64,000 nucleotides of DNA from Lactobacillus sp. (GTDB lineage Bacteria; Bacillota; Bacilli; Lactobacillales; Lactobacillaceae), in NCBI GenBank assembly GCA_022651245.1, contig JALCQM010000009.1:5472-69471 (forward strand). Direction: 5' to 3'. Below the pieces are notes generated by a model. It was not told where the DNA came from. It was given only the letters and a program-made list of their open reading frames with translations, and ran no database searches. Positions 9,506-20,091 of this stretch are shown one piece after another (position 1 is the first letter of the stretch; every line of letters begins with the position of its first letter). The position numbers and the translations under genes are program-made.

Positions 9506-11226
9506 TGACAAAGCAACTCAAAGGGATCGCCGCAAGTGATGGGATCGCAACTGCGAAAGCTTACATGTTGGTGCAACCCGATTTGTCATTCAAGCAGAGT
9601 GCTATTAAAGATGCAGACGCTGAAGTCCAGCGCCTGCATTCTGCGTTAGAGCAGAGTAATAGTGAGCTCAAGCTGATCCGTGACAAAGCGGCTGAAACCT
9701 TGGGTGAAGAAGAAGCCCAAGTTTTCGATGCCCACATGATGATTCTTGCTGACCCAGAATTTACCGGCGCCATCGAAAGTAAGATCAAAGACGATGCCAT
9801 CAACGCAGAAGCAGCTTTGAAGAATGTTTCCGACACCTTCATTGCGACTTTTGAAGCCATGGTCGACAACCCGTACATGCAAGAACGCGCTGCAGATATC
9901 CGCGACGTTTACACCCGGGTTCTGGCGCATTTGTTGGGTCGGGCTTTGCCAAACCCAGCGCTGATCGACTCCGAAGTGATCGTCGTTGCGCACGACTTGA
10001 CCCCATCTGACACGGCGCAGTTGAACAAGAAGTACGTCAAAGCTTTCGTCACCGATATTGGCGGCCGGACCGCGCACAGCGCGATCATGGCCCGTTCGTT
10101 GGAAATCCCAGCAGTTGTCGGGACACAAAGCGTGACAGAAGACGTCAAAGAAGGGCAAATGCTGACCGTTGACGGCTTGACCGGTGATGTCACCATTGAC
10201 CCGACAGACGCCCAAATCGCGGCTTCGAAGCAAGAAGCAGCGGATTATGCGGCGCAAAAGGCAGAATGGGCGACCTTGAAGACAGCGAAAACCGTTACGG
10301 CTGACGGTAAGCACTTCACGGTTGCCGCCAACATCGGGACGCCTAAAGACTTGGACGGCGTGCTCGATAACGGCGCCGAAGCAATCGGTTTGTATCGCTC
10401 CGAGTTCTTGTACATGGACTCGGCAGAACTGCCAACTGAAGATGATCAGTTTGAAGCCTATAAGAAAGTGCTTGAAACGATGAGTCCTAAGCAGGTGGTG
10501 GTCCGGACGATGGATATCGGCGGCGACAAGCATCTGCCATACTTGCCATTACCAGAAGAACAGAACCCATTCTTGGGTTACCGGGCGATTCGGATCTCGT
10601 TGGATCGTGACGATATCTTCCGCACCCAGTTGCGCGCGTTGATGCGGGCTTCTGAGTTTGGTAAGTTAGGTATTATGTTCCCGATGATCGCCACCGTTCC
10701 AGAATTTGAAGCCGCAAAAGCCATTTTCCTTGAAGAAAAGGAAAAACTGGTCGCTGATGGCGTCAAGGTTTCTGACGACATCGAATTAGGGATGATGATG
10801 GAGATTCCGGCTGCCGCGATCTTGGCGGATCAATTCGCCAAGCACGTGGACTTCTTCTCCATCGGCACCAACGACTTGATTCAATACACGATGGCGGCTG
10901 ATCGTGGTAACGAACATGTTTCTTACCTCTATCAACCGTACAACCCATCGATCTTGCGCTTAGTTAAGCATGTGATCGACGCGGCCCATGCCGAAGGCAA
11001 GTGGGCCGGTATGTGTGGTGAAGCCGCTGGTGATCCGATCATGGTGCCGATCCTACTCGGGATGGGCTTGGATGAATATTCCATGTCTGCGACTTCCGTG
11101 CTTAAGGTCCGCAGCCTCATGAAGAAGCTGTCGACTGCTGACATGCAAGCCTTAGCAGATAAGGCCGTCAATGAATCCGTCACTAACGAAGATAACCAGA
11201 AGTTAGTCGCAGAATTCACCAAGTAA
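9505..11226 (+). CDS. ptsI: Phosphoenolpyruvate-protein phosphotransferase (Enzyme I)
   Basis: 573 aa. [13 protein letters not shown] active-site His region and [10 protein letters not shown]. The ATG overlaps the ptsH stop (TAATG). Confidence 0.96.
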   Translation: MTKQLKGIAASDGIATAKAYMLVQPDLSFKQSAIKDADAEVQRLHSALEQSNSELKLIRDKAAETLGEEEAQVFDAHMMILADPEFTGAIESKIKDDAINAEAALKNVSDTFIATFEAMVDNPYMQERAADIRDVYTRVLAHLLGRALPNPALIDSEVIVVAHDLTPSDTAQLNKKYVKAFVTDIGGRTAHSAIMARSLEIPAVVGTQSVTEDVKEGQMLTVDGLTGDVTIDPTDAQIAASKQEAADYAAQKAEWATLKTAKTVTADGKHFTVAANIGTPKDLDGVLDNGAEAIGLYRSEFLYMDSAELPTEDDQFEAYKKVLETMSPKQVVVRTMDIGGDKHLPYLPLPEEQNPFLGYRAIRISLDRDDIFRTQLRALMRASEFGKLGIMFPMIATVPEFEAAKAIFLEEKEKLVADGVKVSDDIELGMMMEIPAAAILADQFAKHVDFFSIGTNDLIQYTMAADRGNEHVSYLYQPYNPSILRLVKHVIDAAHAEGKWAGMCGEAAGDPIMVPILLGMGLDEYSMSATSVLKVRSLMKKLSTADMQALADKAVNESVTNEDNQKLVAEFTK

Positions 11227-11270
11227 GTCCTACAAGGATAAGCCAATCAACGGTTTTAGCTAATTAGACA

Positions 11271-11325
11271 GACGCCATTGCGTCACGATTCGTTCTTTGA
11301 ATCGCGGCCCAATGGCGTTTTTTTG
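11271..11325 (+). terminator. ptsHI terminator
   Basis: GACGCCATTG ... CAATGGCGT outer stem with an inner CGATTC/GAATCG helix, followed by TTTTTTT. Confidence 0.75.
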
Positions 11326-11406
11326 TGTCTGGCGCGATCCCCCAAACATGCTGGAAGCACCAGAGCTTGCATCACTCGGATTTGTGCGCACCCGTCCGGA
11401 AAAAGA

Positions 11407-11419
11407 AAAACCGAACACT
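11407..11419 (+). promoter_or_regulatory. PurBox-like motif (distal)
   Basis: AAAACCGAACACT matches 12 of 13 positions of the AWWWCCGAACWWT PurR box consensus. Confidence 0.4.
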
Positions 11420-11473
11420 TTTTGGTCGAATGAGCACCCCTGCTGGCGCAGGTGACGCCAGGTGATCAATTAG

Positions 11474-11520
11474 TTCGTAAAACACGAACGATATAAAGAA
11501 TTCAATTGAATTTCGTGCGT
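11474..11520. promoter_or_regulatory. Cluster of CGAAC-core PurBox-like motifs and palindromes upstream of the pur promoter
   Basis: GTTCGT-aaaac-ACGAAC inverted repeat (11474-11489). Perfect 14-bp palindrome AATTCAATTGAATT (about 11499-11512). TTCGTG (11512-11517). The region is centred about -50 to -80 from the predicted TSS. Confidence 0.35.
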
Positions 11521-11528
11521 AAAACGGG

Positions 11529-11557
11529 TTGTTTTTCAAAAAGTCCCGTGCTAGACT
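11529..11557 (+). promoter_or_regulatory. Putative pur operon promoter
   Basis: TTGTTT, 17-nt spacer, TAGACT with a TGC extended -10. Confidence 0.45.
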
Positions 11558-11588
11558 CAGGTTAACTTAAGAAAGCGGGTGACGCGTT

Positions 11589-12074
11589 TTGAATGTGGCG
11601 ATCGTGATGGGCTCTAGTTCTGATTGGCCGACCATGAAGTTAGCGGCCGACCAGTTGACAGCATTAGACATACCGTATACGAAGCAAGTGATCTCAGCGC
11701 ACCGGATGCCGGATGCGTTGGCGAGTTTCGGGAAACAAGCACGGGCCAAAGGGATTTCTGTGGTTATCGCTGGTGCAGGTGGGGCGGCGCATTTGCCAGG
11801 GATGCTGGCAGCCAATACGACGCTCCCTGTCATCGGGGTGCCAATTAAAACCCGAACATTAAACGGAATCGATTCGTTGCTTTCTATCGTCCAAATGCCT
11901 GGTGGAGTCCCGGTTGCGACCATGGCGATCGGTGAGGCTGGGGCTACCAACGCGGCATTGTTTGCCGCTGCGATCCTAGCGGTCACTGAACGTGATATCG
12001 CCGAAAACTTAGCGGTGTTTCGTGAGGCCCAAACCCGTAAGGCTGAAGAAAGCGAGGCGCTGTTGGATGATTAA
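11589..12074 (+). CDS. purE: N5-carboxyaminoimidazole ribonucleotide mutase
   Basis: 161 aa. VAIVMGSSSDW and GAGGAAHLPGM motifs. TTG start (GTG at 11595 is an alternative). Confidence 0.92.
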   Translation: MNVAIVMGSSSDWPTMKLAADQLTALDIPYTKQVISAHRMPDALASFGKQARAKGISVVIAGAGGAAHLPGMLAANTTLPVIGVPIKTRTLNGIDSLLSIVQMPGGVPVATMAIGEAGATNAALFAAAILAVTERDIAENLAVFREAQTRKAEESEALLDD

Positions 12075-13185
12075 GCCAATTGTCCCGCCAGCGACCATCG
12101 GCATCGTCGGCGGCGGCCAACTCGGACGGATGCTGGCGCAAAGTGCCAAGCAAATGGGCTATACGGTAGGTGTTTTGGACCCAACGCCGGATGCACCGGC
12201 TGCTCAAGTCGCCGACTTCCAGATTCAAAGTGACTATGCTGATATGGATGCGCTGCTGGCTTTGGCCAAGCGTAGCGACGTGTTGACTTATGAATTTGAA
12301 AATGTCGACTTGGCGGCCTTAAAGCACGCGCAAACCTATGCCGCCTTACCGCAAGGCACGCACTTGTTGGCCTTGACGCGCGACCGCTTGGCAGAGAAGA
12401 CGTTTCTGCGTGAACAAGGCGTCCCGACCGCCAACTTTGCCGCGGTTCCTGAGGCCGGCGCGGTGGTCACGGCTATCCACACGGTCGGCGTCCCGGCGAT
12501 TTTGAAGACGACGACAGGGGGCTATGATGGGCACGGTCAAGTTGACGTCAACACCAGCGCCGACGTGGCGGCTGCTCAGGCGTTAGCGGCTAAGGGTCCA
12601 TGTATCCTCGAGGAGCGCGTCGCGTTTGCCCGCGAGTTGTCGGTGATGGTGACGCGCGATGGTCATGACGTGGTGCGGGTCTTCCCAGTGGTCGAAAATC
12701 GGCATCAGGACCATATTTTACACACGACGATCGCGCCGGCACCGGATCTGCCAGCGCACGTGCGGCAACAGATCACCCAGCTAGCGACGACGATTGCGAC
12801 GGCCTTGAACCTACGCGGGGTTTTAGGCATCGAAATGTTTGCCACTGCAACGGGCATCGTGGTGAACGAATTAGCGCCACGACCACATAACTCGGGCCAT
12901 TATTCAATCGAGGCCTGCAACTTTTCGCAGTTTGACGCCCATATTTTGAGTATTTGCGGCTTACCGATCCCGCCAATCCAACAACTGACGCCGGCGGTGA
13001 TGCGAAATTTATTAGGCGCAGACCTCACAGCAGCGCGCGCAGCCTGGCCGCAGCACCCCGAGTGGCATTTTCATGATTATGGAAAAGCGGAGATCCGCCC
13101 GCAACGCAAACTTGGCCACTTAACGGTTTGCGGCGCGGCGGTCGAGACGTTGTTACACCAGGTGCAATTGGAAGGGGAAAACTAG
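12067..13185 (+). CDS. purK: N5-carboxyaminoimidazole ribonucleotide synthase
   Basis: ATP-grasp protein; IGIVGGGQLGRM. The ATG at 12067 overlaps the purE stop. The ORF-track start at 12022 lies inside purE. Confidence 0.92.
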   Translation: MIKPIVPPATIGIVGGGQLGRMLAQSAKQMGYTVGVLDPTPDAPAAQVADFQIQSDYADMDALLALAKRSDVLTYEFENVDLAALKHAQTYAALPQGTHLLALTRDRLAEKTFLREQGVPTANFAAVPEAGAVVTAIHTVGVPAILKTTTGGYDGHGQVDVNTSADVAAAQALAAKGPCILEERVAFARELSVMVTRDGHDVVRVFPVVENRHQDHILHTTIAPAPDLPAHVRQQITQLATTIATALNLRGVLGIEMFATATGIVVNELAPRPHNSGHYSIEACNFSQFDAHILSICGLPIPPIQQLTPAVMRNLLGADLTAARAAWPQHPEWHFHDYGKAEIRPQRKLGHLTVCGAAVETLLHQVQLEGEN

Positions 13186-13910
13186 TGGAAAAAGCAGCGG
13201 TACTCTACACCGGTAAGGCGAAGCAGATGTTTGCAACAGATGACCCAGATGTATTGTGGGTCGAGTATATGGATCAAGCGACGGCACTGAACGGCAAGAA
13301 AAAAGTGCAGATCGCGGGTAAAGGGGCGTTGAATCGGCAGATCTCCAGCTTGTTGTTTGAAGAGTTGAATGCGGCTGGGCTGCCAACGCATTACCTTCAA
13401 ACCATCGATGACCATACCATGTTGGTTAAAAAATGCGCGATGATTCCTTTGGAAGCTGTGATTCGTAACTTCGCCTCTGGTAGCTTTGAACGTAAATTTC
13501 AGGTGGCCCATCTACGGCCATTGGTCCCGGCCGTTCACGAATTCTTCTACAAAAGCGATGCATTGGACGATCCGTTCATCAATGATGAACAAGCCATCGC
13601 CTTGGGGTTTGCCACGCGCGAGACGCTCACCGCGATTCATGCGCTGTCCGACCGCGTCAACACGTACTTGTTGGAACGATTTGCCCAAATCGGCATCGAT
13701 TTAGTGGATTTCAAACTGGAATTCGGGCGGTTAGCAGACGGCACCTTGGTCCTTGCCGACGAACTCAGTCCAGACAACATGCGCCTAGTCGATCAAGAGT
13801 CTGGCAATTCCCTGGATAAAGACGTTTTCCGTCAAGATCGCGGCCCGTTGACGCCGGTGTACGCCCAAGTGCTCAGCCGCTTGCAAGCAGACGCCGCAGC
13901 CAGCCGCTAA
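13185..13910 (+). CDS. purC: SAICAR synthetase
   Basis: LYTGKAKQMF N-terminus. The GTG at 13185 overlaps the purK TAG (TAGTG). The ORF-track start at 13128 lies inside purK. Confidence 0.92.
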   Translation: MEKAAVLYTGKAKQMFATDDPDVLWVEYMDQATALNGKKKVQIAGKGALNRQISSLLFEELNAAGLPTHYLQTIDDHTMLVKKCAMIPLEAVIRNFASGSFERKFQVAHLRPLVPAVHEFFYKSDALDDPFINDEQAIALGFATRETLTAIHALSDRVNTYLLERFAQIGIDLVDFKLEFGRLADGTLVLADELSPDNMRLVDQESGNSLDKDVFRQDRGPLTPVYAQVLSRLQADAAASR

Positions 13911-13950
13911 TCGGCCCACCCCATCAACGCATTCAATAAGGAGCCTAATC

Positions 13951-14202
13951 ATGTATAAAGCTAAGATCTTCGTCAATTACAAGCAAAGCGTCTTAGACCC
14001 TAAGGCCGAAGTGATCAAGCACACCTTGCACCGCCTGGGGCAAGCCAACGTCCGCGACGTTAAGGTCGGCAAATATTTCGAAGTCTTGCTTGATGGCGCA
14101 GAAGAAGCCGTCAACGCGCAGGTCGAAACGATTTGCGACCAAATGTTGGCCAACGTCAACATGGAGTCTTACCGGTTCACCCTTGAGGAGGTCACCGCAT
14201 GA
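13951..14202 (+). CDS. purS: FGAM synthase subunit PurS
   Basis: 83 aa; [20 protein letters not shown]... Sits between purC and purQ. Confidence 0.9.
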   Translation: MYKAKIFVNYKQSVLDPKAEVIKHTLHRLGQANVRDVKVGKYFEVLLDGAEEAVNAQVETICDQMLANVNMESYRFTLEEVTA

Positions 14203-14882
14203 AGGCAGCCGTTTTGACCTTCCCGGGTTCCAATTGTGATGAGGACTTGCTGTGGGCGGTCAAGGAGATCGCAAGGCAAGAGGCGACGCTAGTGCCGGCG
14301 ACCACCACTACCTTGGCTGGCTATGACTTGGTGCTCGTCCCCGGCGGCTTTTCTTATGGCGATTACCTGCGCAGCGGCGCAATCGCTAAGTTTGCGCCGG
14401 TGATGACGGCGCTGAAAACATTCGCGGCTAACGGTGGCTATGTGTTAGGCATCTGCAATGGCTTTCAGATCCTGACGGAAGCCGGATTGTTGCCCGGTGC
14501 CTTGCAATGGAACACGAGCTTGACCTTTGTTTGCGAACCCGAACCGCTGATCGTGGCGAATGCGACCACAGCTTTTTCGAATCAGTACACTGCGGGCCAA
14601 AAGCTCAGCTTACCGATCGCCCATGGTGAAGGCAATTATTATGCCGACGACGAGACGCTGGCAGCGATCGAAGCCAACGACCAAGTCGTGTTTCGGTATG
14701 CAGCCAACCCCAATGGCAGCCTGAATGACATCGCTGGCTTAACCAACGCGGCGGGGAACGTCATGGGGATGATGCCTCATCCCGAGCGGGCGGTCGAAGC
14801 GCTGTTAGGGAGCACCGATGGCCTAGGGGTGTTTGACTCATTGATCACCGCGACGAAAGGAGCCGCTCATGTTGCAGACTGA
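14199..14882 (+). CDS. purQ: FGAM synthase glutamine amidotransferase subunit
   Basis: GICNGFQ catalytic Cys; MPHPER. ATGA overlap with purS. Confidence 0.94.
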   Translation: MKAAVLTFPGSNCDEDLLWAVKEIARQEATLVPATTTTLAGYDLVLVPGGFSYGDYLRSGAIAKFAPVMTALKTFAANGGYVLGICNGFQILTEAGLLPGALQWNTSLTFVCEPEPLIVANATTAFSNQYTAGQKLSLPIAHGEGNYYADDETLAAIEANDQVVFRYAANPNGSLNDIAGLTNAAGNVMGMMPHPERAVEALLGSTDGLGVFDSLITATKGAAHVAD

Positions 14883-17076
14883 ACCGACACCAGAACAGAT
14901 CCGTGAGCACAAGCCGTACCTACAATTGGGGTTGACGGAAGCCGAATATGACTTGTTCACGGCTCGACTCGGCCGCCTGCCCAACTATACTGAAGTGGGC
15001 TTGCAATCCGGCATGTGGAGCGAACACTGCGCCTACAAGTACTCCAAGCCGATTTTGAAAACCTTTTGGACCAAAAATGAGCGGGTGTTAATGGGGCCAG
15101 GCGAAGGGGCCGGCGTGATCCGGATTGGTGAAGGCAAGGCGGTCGTATTCAAGGCCGAAAGCCACAACCATCCGAGTGCGGTGGAACCTTATGAAGGGGC
15201 TGCGACTGGCATCGGCGGCATCATTCGCGACATTTTCTCCATTGGTGCCAAGCCGGTGGCCAGCCTCGACTCGCTCGCGTTCGGGAATCAATTCACGGCC
15301 CATAACCAAAACCTGATCGAGCAAGTCGTTGCCGGCATCGGCGGCTATGGCAACGCCATCGGGATCCCGACGGTTGGCGGCGAGATCCAGTTCGATGCGT
15401 CTTACCAAGACAATCCGCTGGTCAACGCGATGTGCGTCGGCGTGATGGATGAAAAAGACATCCAGCGCGGGCAAGCCGCTGGTGTTGGCAACGCGATCGT
15501 CTACGTTGGCGCCAAAACCGGCCGTGATGGCATCAATGGGGCGTCGTTTGCTTCGGCGCAATTTTCCAAAGAAGAAGATGCTGACCGTTCGGCCGTGCAG
15601 GTCGGCGATCCGTTCATGGAAAAACTCCTGACGGACGCCTGCTTGCAGGTGACCCACGAGCACCAAGACGCATTGGTCGGAATGCAAGATATGGGTGCCG
15701 CAGGACTGGTATCGAGCTCGGCAGAAATGGCTAGCAAAGCCGGCTTCGGGATGACCCTAGACCTCGACTTGATCCCGCAACGCGAGCCTGGCATGACGCC
15801 GTTTGAGATCATGTTGAGTGAGTCGCAAGAGCGGATGTTGTTATGCGTGCGCGCCGGCTATGAACAAGAGGTACTAGACTTGTTTGCGGCGTACGACTTA
15901 GACGCGGTGGTTTGTGGCCGCGTTGAGCCCGGGCATCAATACCGGCTGTTACATCACGGGGAGGTGGTGTGTGACATTCCGGTCAGCTTATTGACCGACG
16001 ATGTGCCGACCTATACCACAGTGCCACAGCAGCCGGCGCGCCTGGCGCACCCAGCACCTGATTTTACCCCGACGATCACCGACGTTGGCGCGACTTGGCG
16101 CGCGTTGCTGGCACTGCCAAACATCGCCTCTAAGCGCCACTTATTCCAGCAATACGATGCGCAGGTCCAAACCAATACTGTGATCGCGCCTGGTGGGGAT
16201 GCTGGCGTGATCCGCGTGCGCGGGACGCACCGCGCCTTGGCAATGACCGCTGATTCTAACGGGCGCCTTTTAGCCTTAGATCCCGAAATTGGGGGCGCAA
16301 TCACCGTTGCCGAAGCAGCGCGGAATTTGGTGGCGACCGGCGCCGAGCCGCTAGGCATCACGGATTGCCTAAACTATGGCGATCCCAGCAAGCCAGAAGT
16401 GTACTATGAGCTGCAGGAATCGGCTAAAGGCATCGTGGCGGCGACCAAGGTGTTCAATACCCCAGTGATCTCAGGCAACGTCTCGTTATACAACGAAACT
16501 TCTGGCGTTGGCATCCATCCGACCCCGATGATCGGGATGGTGGGCTTGATCGAAGACCTTGAGGCGATCACGACGATCGCGTTTAAGGAAGCCGGTGACC
16601 AGGTGTATCTGTTCGGAAAAACAGGCGATGACTATAACGGGAGTAGCCTCCAGTACTTGCAAACCGGCGCTTATGCTGGCCGCTTGACGGGCTTTGACCT
16701 GCAAACCGAAAAGCAAACGCAAGATACCGTGCTGGCCGCGATCCGGGCGCATTTAGTGACGGCGGCACACGACTTAGCCGATGGCGGTTTGGCGGCGGCG
16801 TTAGTCGAAATGGGGGCAGCCAATCGGCTTGGCATCCAAGGCACCACGGCATTGACCAGCGCGCAACTTTTTGCCGAAACCCAAGGCCGGTTCATAGTCA
16901 CCGTTGCGCCGGCTGCGGTCGCGGCCTTTGAGGCCCAAGTCGGGGCAGCAGCGGCGCACTTAGGCGTCGTGACGACGGGTGCGATCACCTTACAATTGGC
17001 CGATGCGACCATCGACACCACGATCGCTGAATTAGCGACGATCCAAGAGGAGGCACTGGCATGTCAGCTGAAGTAA
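14869..17076 (+). CDS. purL: FGAM synthase subunit PurL
   Basis: 735 aa; [19 protein letters not shown] motif. Overlaps purQ and purF. Confidence 0.95.
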   Translation: MLQTEPTPEQIREHKPYLQLGLTEAEYDLFTARLGRLPNYTEVGLQSGMWSEHCAYKYSKPILKTFWTKNERVLMGPGEGAGVIRIGEGKAVVFKAESHNHPSAVEPYEGAATGIGGIIRDIFSIGAKPVASLDSLAFGNQFTAHNQNLIEQVVAGIGGYGNAIGIPTVGGEIQFDASYQDNPLVNAMCVGVMDEKDIQRGQAAGVGNAIVYVGAKTGRDGINGASFASAQFSKEEDADRSAVQVGDPFMEKLLTDACLQVTHEHQDALVGMQDMGAAGLVSSSAEMASKAGFGMTLDLDLIPQREPGMTPFEIMLSESQERMLLCVRAGYEQEVLDLFAAYDLDAVVCGRVEPGHQYRLLHHGEVVCDIPVSLLTDDVPTYTTVPQQPARLAHPAPDFTPTITDVGATWRALLALPNIASKRHLFQQYDAQVQTNTVIAPGGDAGVIRVRGTHRALAMTADSNGRLLALDPEIGGAITVAEAARNLVATGAEPLGITDCLNYGDPSKPEVYYELQESAKGIVAATKVFNTPVISGNVSLYNETSGVGIHPTPMIGMVGLIEDLEAITTIAFKEAGDQVYLFGKTGDDYNGSSLQYLQTGAYAGRLTGFDLQTEKQTQDTVLAAIRAHLVTAAHDLADGGLAAALVEMGAANRLGIQGTTALTSAQLFAETQGRFIVTVAPAAVAAFEAQVGAAAAHLGVVTTGAITLQLADATIDTTIAELATIQEEALACQLK

Positions 17077-18515
17077 AAAGCTTGAATGAAGAATGTGGCA
17101 TTTTTGGGGTGTGGGGCGATCCCCACGCCGCTGTTTTAACCCATTTGGGTCTGCATACCTTGCAACACCGCGGTCAAGAAGGGGCGGGGATCGTGGGCTT
17201 GACGGACCACGGGCTACACCGGCATAACGGCTTTGGCTTAGTGTCTGAAGTCTTTGCTGACCCGCAATCTTTGACGGCGCTGGCTGGCTCTGCGGCACTA
17301 GGCCATGTCCGTTACGCGACAGCCGGTGGGCGGATCTTAGAAAATATTCAACCGCTGTTGTTTCGGTTTTCGACCGAGTCGATTGCCTTGGCCCATAACG
17401 GCAACTTAACCAATGCCCTCAGTTTGCGCGCCACGTTGGAAGCGGAAGGGGCGATTTTCCAGTCGACGTCGGATACCGAAGTCTTGATGCATTTGATCCG
17501 GCGCAGCCCGGCGCCGACGTTTCAAGCGCAGTTGTGCGACGCCTTGAATCAAGTCCATGGCGGCTTTGCCTTTTCCTTGTTGACTGAACATGCGCTGTAT
17601 GCCGCGAGTGATCCCAATGGTTTTCGGCCGCTGGTCGTGGGCCAATTGCCGAGTGGCGGCTATGTCATCTGTAGCGAAACTGCGGGCCTGAATGCAGTGG
17701 GGGCCGATTTCATCCAAGATGTCCAACCCGGTCAGCTCGTGGTCGTCAACGAGCGCGGCTTGCATGTCAGCCAGTACACCACTAAGACACAGCTGGCGGT
17801 TTGTTCGATGGAATACGTTTATTTTGCCCGACCAGACTCTGAGATTCATGGCGTCAGTGTGCATCAAGCGCGCGTCCGCATGGGGGAGCGCCTAGCCAAA
17901 GAACAACCCGCGGCAGGCGATATCGTCGTCGGGGTGCCGAACTCGTCTTTATCAGCGGCGCTTGGCTATGCACGAGCGAGTGGCATCCCGTACGAAATGG
18001 GGTTGATCAAGTCGCAATACGTTGCCCGCACCTTTATCCAGCCGACGCAAGCCTTGCGCGAGCGCAGCGTGCGGATGAAGTTGAGCCCTGTACGCCCAGT
18101 CGTTGCAGGCAAACGCGTGATCTTGGTCGATGACTCGATCGTGCGCGGCACCACAGCGATCCAACTGGTGCAGCTACTCAAAGACGCCGGTGCCAAAGAG
18201 GTCCATTTACGGATCGCCAGCCCGCCGTTGCGGTTCCCGTGTTTTTACGGGATCGATATTCAAACGACGCATGAACTCATGGCGGCCAACCACAGCGTGA
18301 GTCAAATGCGTGCACTTTTAGGCGCGGATAGCCTAGGCTTTTTGTCCACGCAAGGCCTGCAAGATAGCGTGGGGATACAAACCGATGCGCCAAATGGTGG
18401 GTTATGTGTGGCATATTTCACCGGGGAGTACCCAACGGCGTTAGATGATTATGCCCAAACGTTGCAGGCGGAATTGGCCAAGTTGGAGATCAATATTGCG
18501 GAGGTATCGGCATGA
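17061..18515 (+). CDS. purF: Amidophosphoribosyltransferase
   Basis: Propeptide [11 protein letters not shown] followed by the catalytic Cys (CGIFGVWG). PRPP loop VILVDDSIVRGTT. Confidence 0.95.
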   Translation: MSAEVKSLNEECGIFGVWGDPHAAVLTHLGLHTLQHRGQEGAGIVGLTDHGLHRHNGFGLVSEVFADPQSLTALAGSAALGHVRYATAGGRILENIQPLLFRFSTESIALAHNGNLTNALSLRATLEAEGAIFQSTSDTEVLMHLIRRSPAPTFQAQLCDALNQVHGGFAFSLLTEHALYAASDPNGFRPLVVGQLPSGGYVICSETAGLNAVGADFIQDVQPGQLVVVNERGLHVSQYTTKTQLAVCSMEYVYFARPDSEIHGVSVHQARVRMGERLAKEQPAAGDIVVGVPNSSLSAALGYARASGIPYEMGLIKSQYVARTFIQPTQALRERSVRMKLSPVRPVVAGKRVILVDDSIVRGTTAIQLVQLLKDAGAKEVHLRIASPPLRFPCFYGIDIQTTHELMAANHSVSQMRALLGADSLGFLSTQGLQDSVGIQTDAPNGGLCVAYFTGEYPTALDDYAQTLQAELAKLEINIAEVSA

Positions 18516-19513
18516 GTTTTGACTATAAAAGCGCTGGCGTCGACGTCGACGCCGGCAACGAAGTGGTCCAACGCATTGCCCCAGTGGCAAAGGCCACCCA
18601 AGATGACCGCGTTTTAGGTGCGCTTGGTGGCTTTGCAGCCGCCTACCGCCTGCCGGAAGTCCCGGAGCCCGTGCTGGTGTCAGCGACAGATGGGGTAGGG
18701 ACCAAGCTCTTGTTGGCTTTGCAGTGCGATCAACATGATACGATCGGGATCGACTTAGTGGCCATGGTCGCCAATGACTTGGTGGCCGACGGGGCGACCC
18801 CGCTGTATTTTCTGGATTACCTGGCGACTGACGCTTTAGAACCGGCTCTGGTCGAAACAATCGTGCGCGGCATCGCGTATGGCTGCTCGCAAGCGGGAAT
18901 GGCCTTAATCGGCGGCGAAACCGCCGAAATGCCGGGGATGTACCCGCAACATCATTATGACCTCGCCGGGTTCGCCGTAGGTTTGGCCTCTGCAGGAAAA
19001 CTGTTGCCTCAAGGGGTGCAGGCAGGCGATGTGCTGATCGGCCTGCCAAGCTCCGGCGTGCACTCGAACGGTTTTTCTCTGGTACGTCGATTATTGGCAG
19101 AAACGAACTTGGGCAACACGCCGTTGTCAGATGGCACTGAGATTCGGACGGCCTTGTTGACGCCAACGCGGATTTACGCCAAAACGGTGCTGCCGCTGAT
19201 TCAGGCGGGCTTGGTGCATGGCGCTGCACACATTACCGGCGGTGGCTTCGACGACAATGTGCCGCGAATGTTGCCTAAAACCTTGGCTGCGGCTTTTGAT
19301 ACGGCATCTTGGTCGTGGCCGGAGCTGTTCCAGCGGCTACAGGCCGCAGGGAACCTGAGCTTAGCCACGATGCGGCGCACCTTCAATTTAGGTATCGGCA
19401 TGGTTTTGGCTGTTCGTGCGGCAGATGTGGCGCAAGTCCTGGCCGCCGCCCCGCATAGTCGCGTGATCGGTACGGTCGAAGCGCGAACTGCTGAGGCCGT
19501 AGTGTGGAGGTAG
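18512..19513 (+). CDS. purM: AIR synthetase
   Basis: 333 aa; YKSAGVDVDAG and ATDGVGTKL motifs. ATGA overlap with purF. Confidence 0.95.
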   Translation: MSFDYKSAGVDVDAGNEVVQRIAPVAKATQDDRVLGALGGFAAAYRLPEVPEPVLVSATDGVGTKLLLALQCDQHDTIGIDLVAMVANDLVADGATPLYFLDYLATDALEPALVETIVRGIAYGCSQAGMALIGGETAEMPGMYPQHHYDLAGFAVGLASAGKLLPQGVQAGDVLIGLPSSGVHSNGFSLVRRLLAETNLGNTPLSDGTEIRTALLTPTRIYAKTVLPLIQAGLVHGAAHITGGGFDDNVPRMLPKTLAAAFDTASWSWPELFQRLQAAGNLSLATMRRTFNLGIGMVLAVRAADVAQVLAAAPHSRVIGTVEARTAEAVVWR

Positions 19514-19518
19514 TGGAA

Positions 19519-20091
19519 ATGAAGCACATCGTCGTTTTTGCGTCTGGTGACGGCAGTAACTTCGCCGCTTTGGCCCGCTATTTTGAAAGTGGGCGGCACG
19601 GGGTCACGATCGACTTGCTGATTTGTGATCATCAGGATGCCTACGTTTTGACGCGGGCAGCGGATTTTGGGATCCCCAGCCTGACGATCGATTACCACGA
19701 GTTTGCGACCAAGGCTGCGGCTGAAGCGTATGTGTTGGCGCAGTTACCGCCTTGTGACCTACTGGTTTTGGCGGGCTTCATGCGCATTGTGGGGCCTACC
19801 TTGCTGGCTGCTTTTCCTGACCAAATCGTCAACCTACACCCCGCTTTGCTACCGAGTTTTCCTGGTCGCAATGGGATTCAAGATGCATATGCCTATGGGG
19901 TGAAGGTAACTGGCGTGACGGTGCATTATGTGGATGCTGGCATTGATTCTGGGCGGATCATCGCCCAAGAACCGGTGCGCATCCAACCAGAGATGTCGTT
20001 GGCTGAACTGGTGACGGCAATCCATGCTGTTGAACATGACCTGCTACCTAAAACGGTGGCTGACTTATTGACAAAGGAGCGAATCGCTTGA
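19519..20091 (+). CDS. purN: GAR formyltransferase
   Basis: [15 protein letters not shown]; [12 protein letters not shown]. The ORF-track start at 19504 lies inside purM. Confidence 0.92.
   Translation: MKHIVVFASGDGSNFAALARYFESGRHGVTIDLLICDHQDAYVLTRAADFGIPSLTIDYHEFATKAAAEAYVLAQLPPCDLLVLAGFMRIVGPTLLAAFPDQIVNLHPALLPSFPGRNGIQDAYAYGVKVTGVTVHYVDAGIDSGRIIAQEPVRIQPEMSLAELVTAIHAVEHDLLPKTVADLLTKERIA

Noticed and set aside
9646-10533. 295-aa ORF on the minus strand inside ptsI
   Set aside because: It lies entirely antisense to a highly conserved gene. Its composition is Arg/Gly/Val-rich, typical of the reverse frame of GC-rich coding DNA. It has no RBS and no recognisable motifs.
11330-11588. Possible purine riboswitch upstream of purE
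   Set aside because: I could not find the conserved purine-aptamer core (the UAUAAU ... AUAUGG ... CCGUAAAU-type junction sequences) or a three-way junction. Control by PurBox-type DNA sites fits better. A cmscan is needed to be certain.
15088-15687. 199-aa minus-strand ORF inside purL. Similar cases: 20741-21355 in purH, 17406-17867 in purF, 26189-26803 in the Bce ABC genes, 36094-36585 in the pseudouridine synthase gene, 38554-39168, 51294-51749 and 63422-63958.
   Set aside because: All are antisense or shifted frames within confidently assigned genes. They are low-complexity with no RBS. Long spurious ORFs are expected at this GC content.
18441-19229. 262-aa minus-strand ORF overlapping purF and purM
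   Set aside because: It is an antisense frame artefact, with extreme Arg/Pro/Ser content. It spans a gene junction and has no start context.
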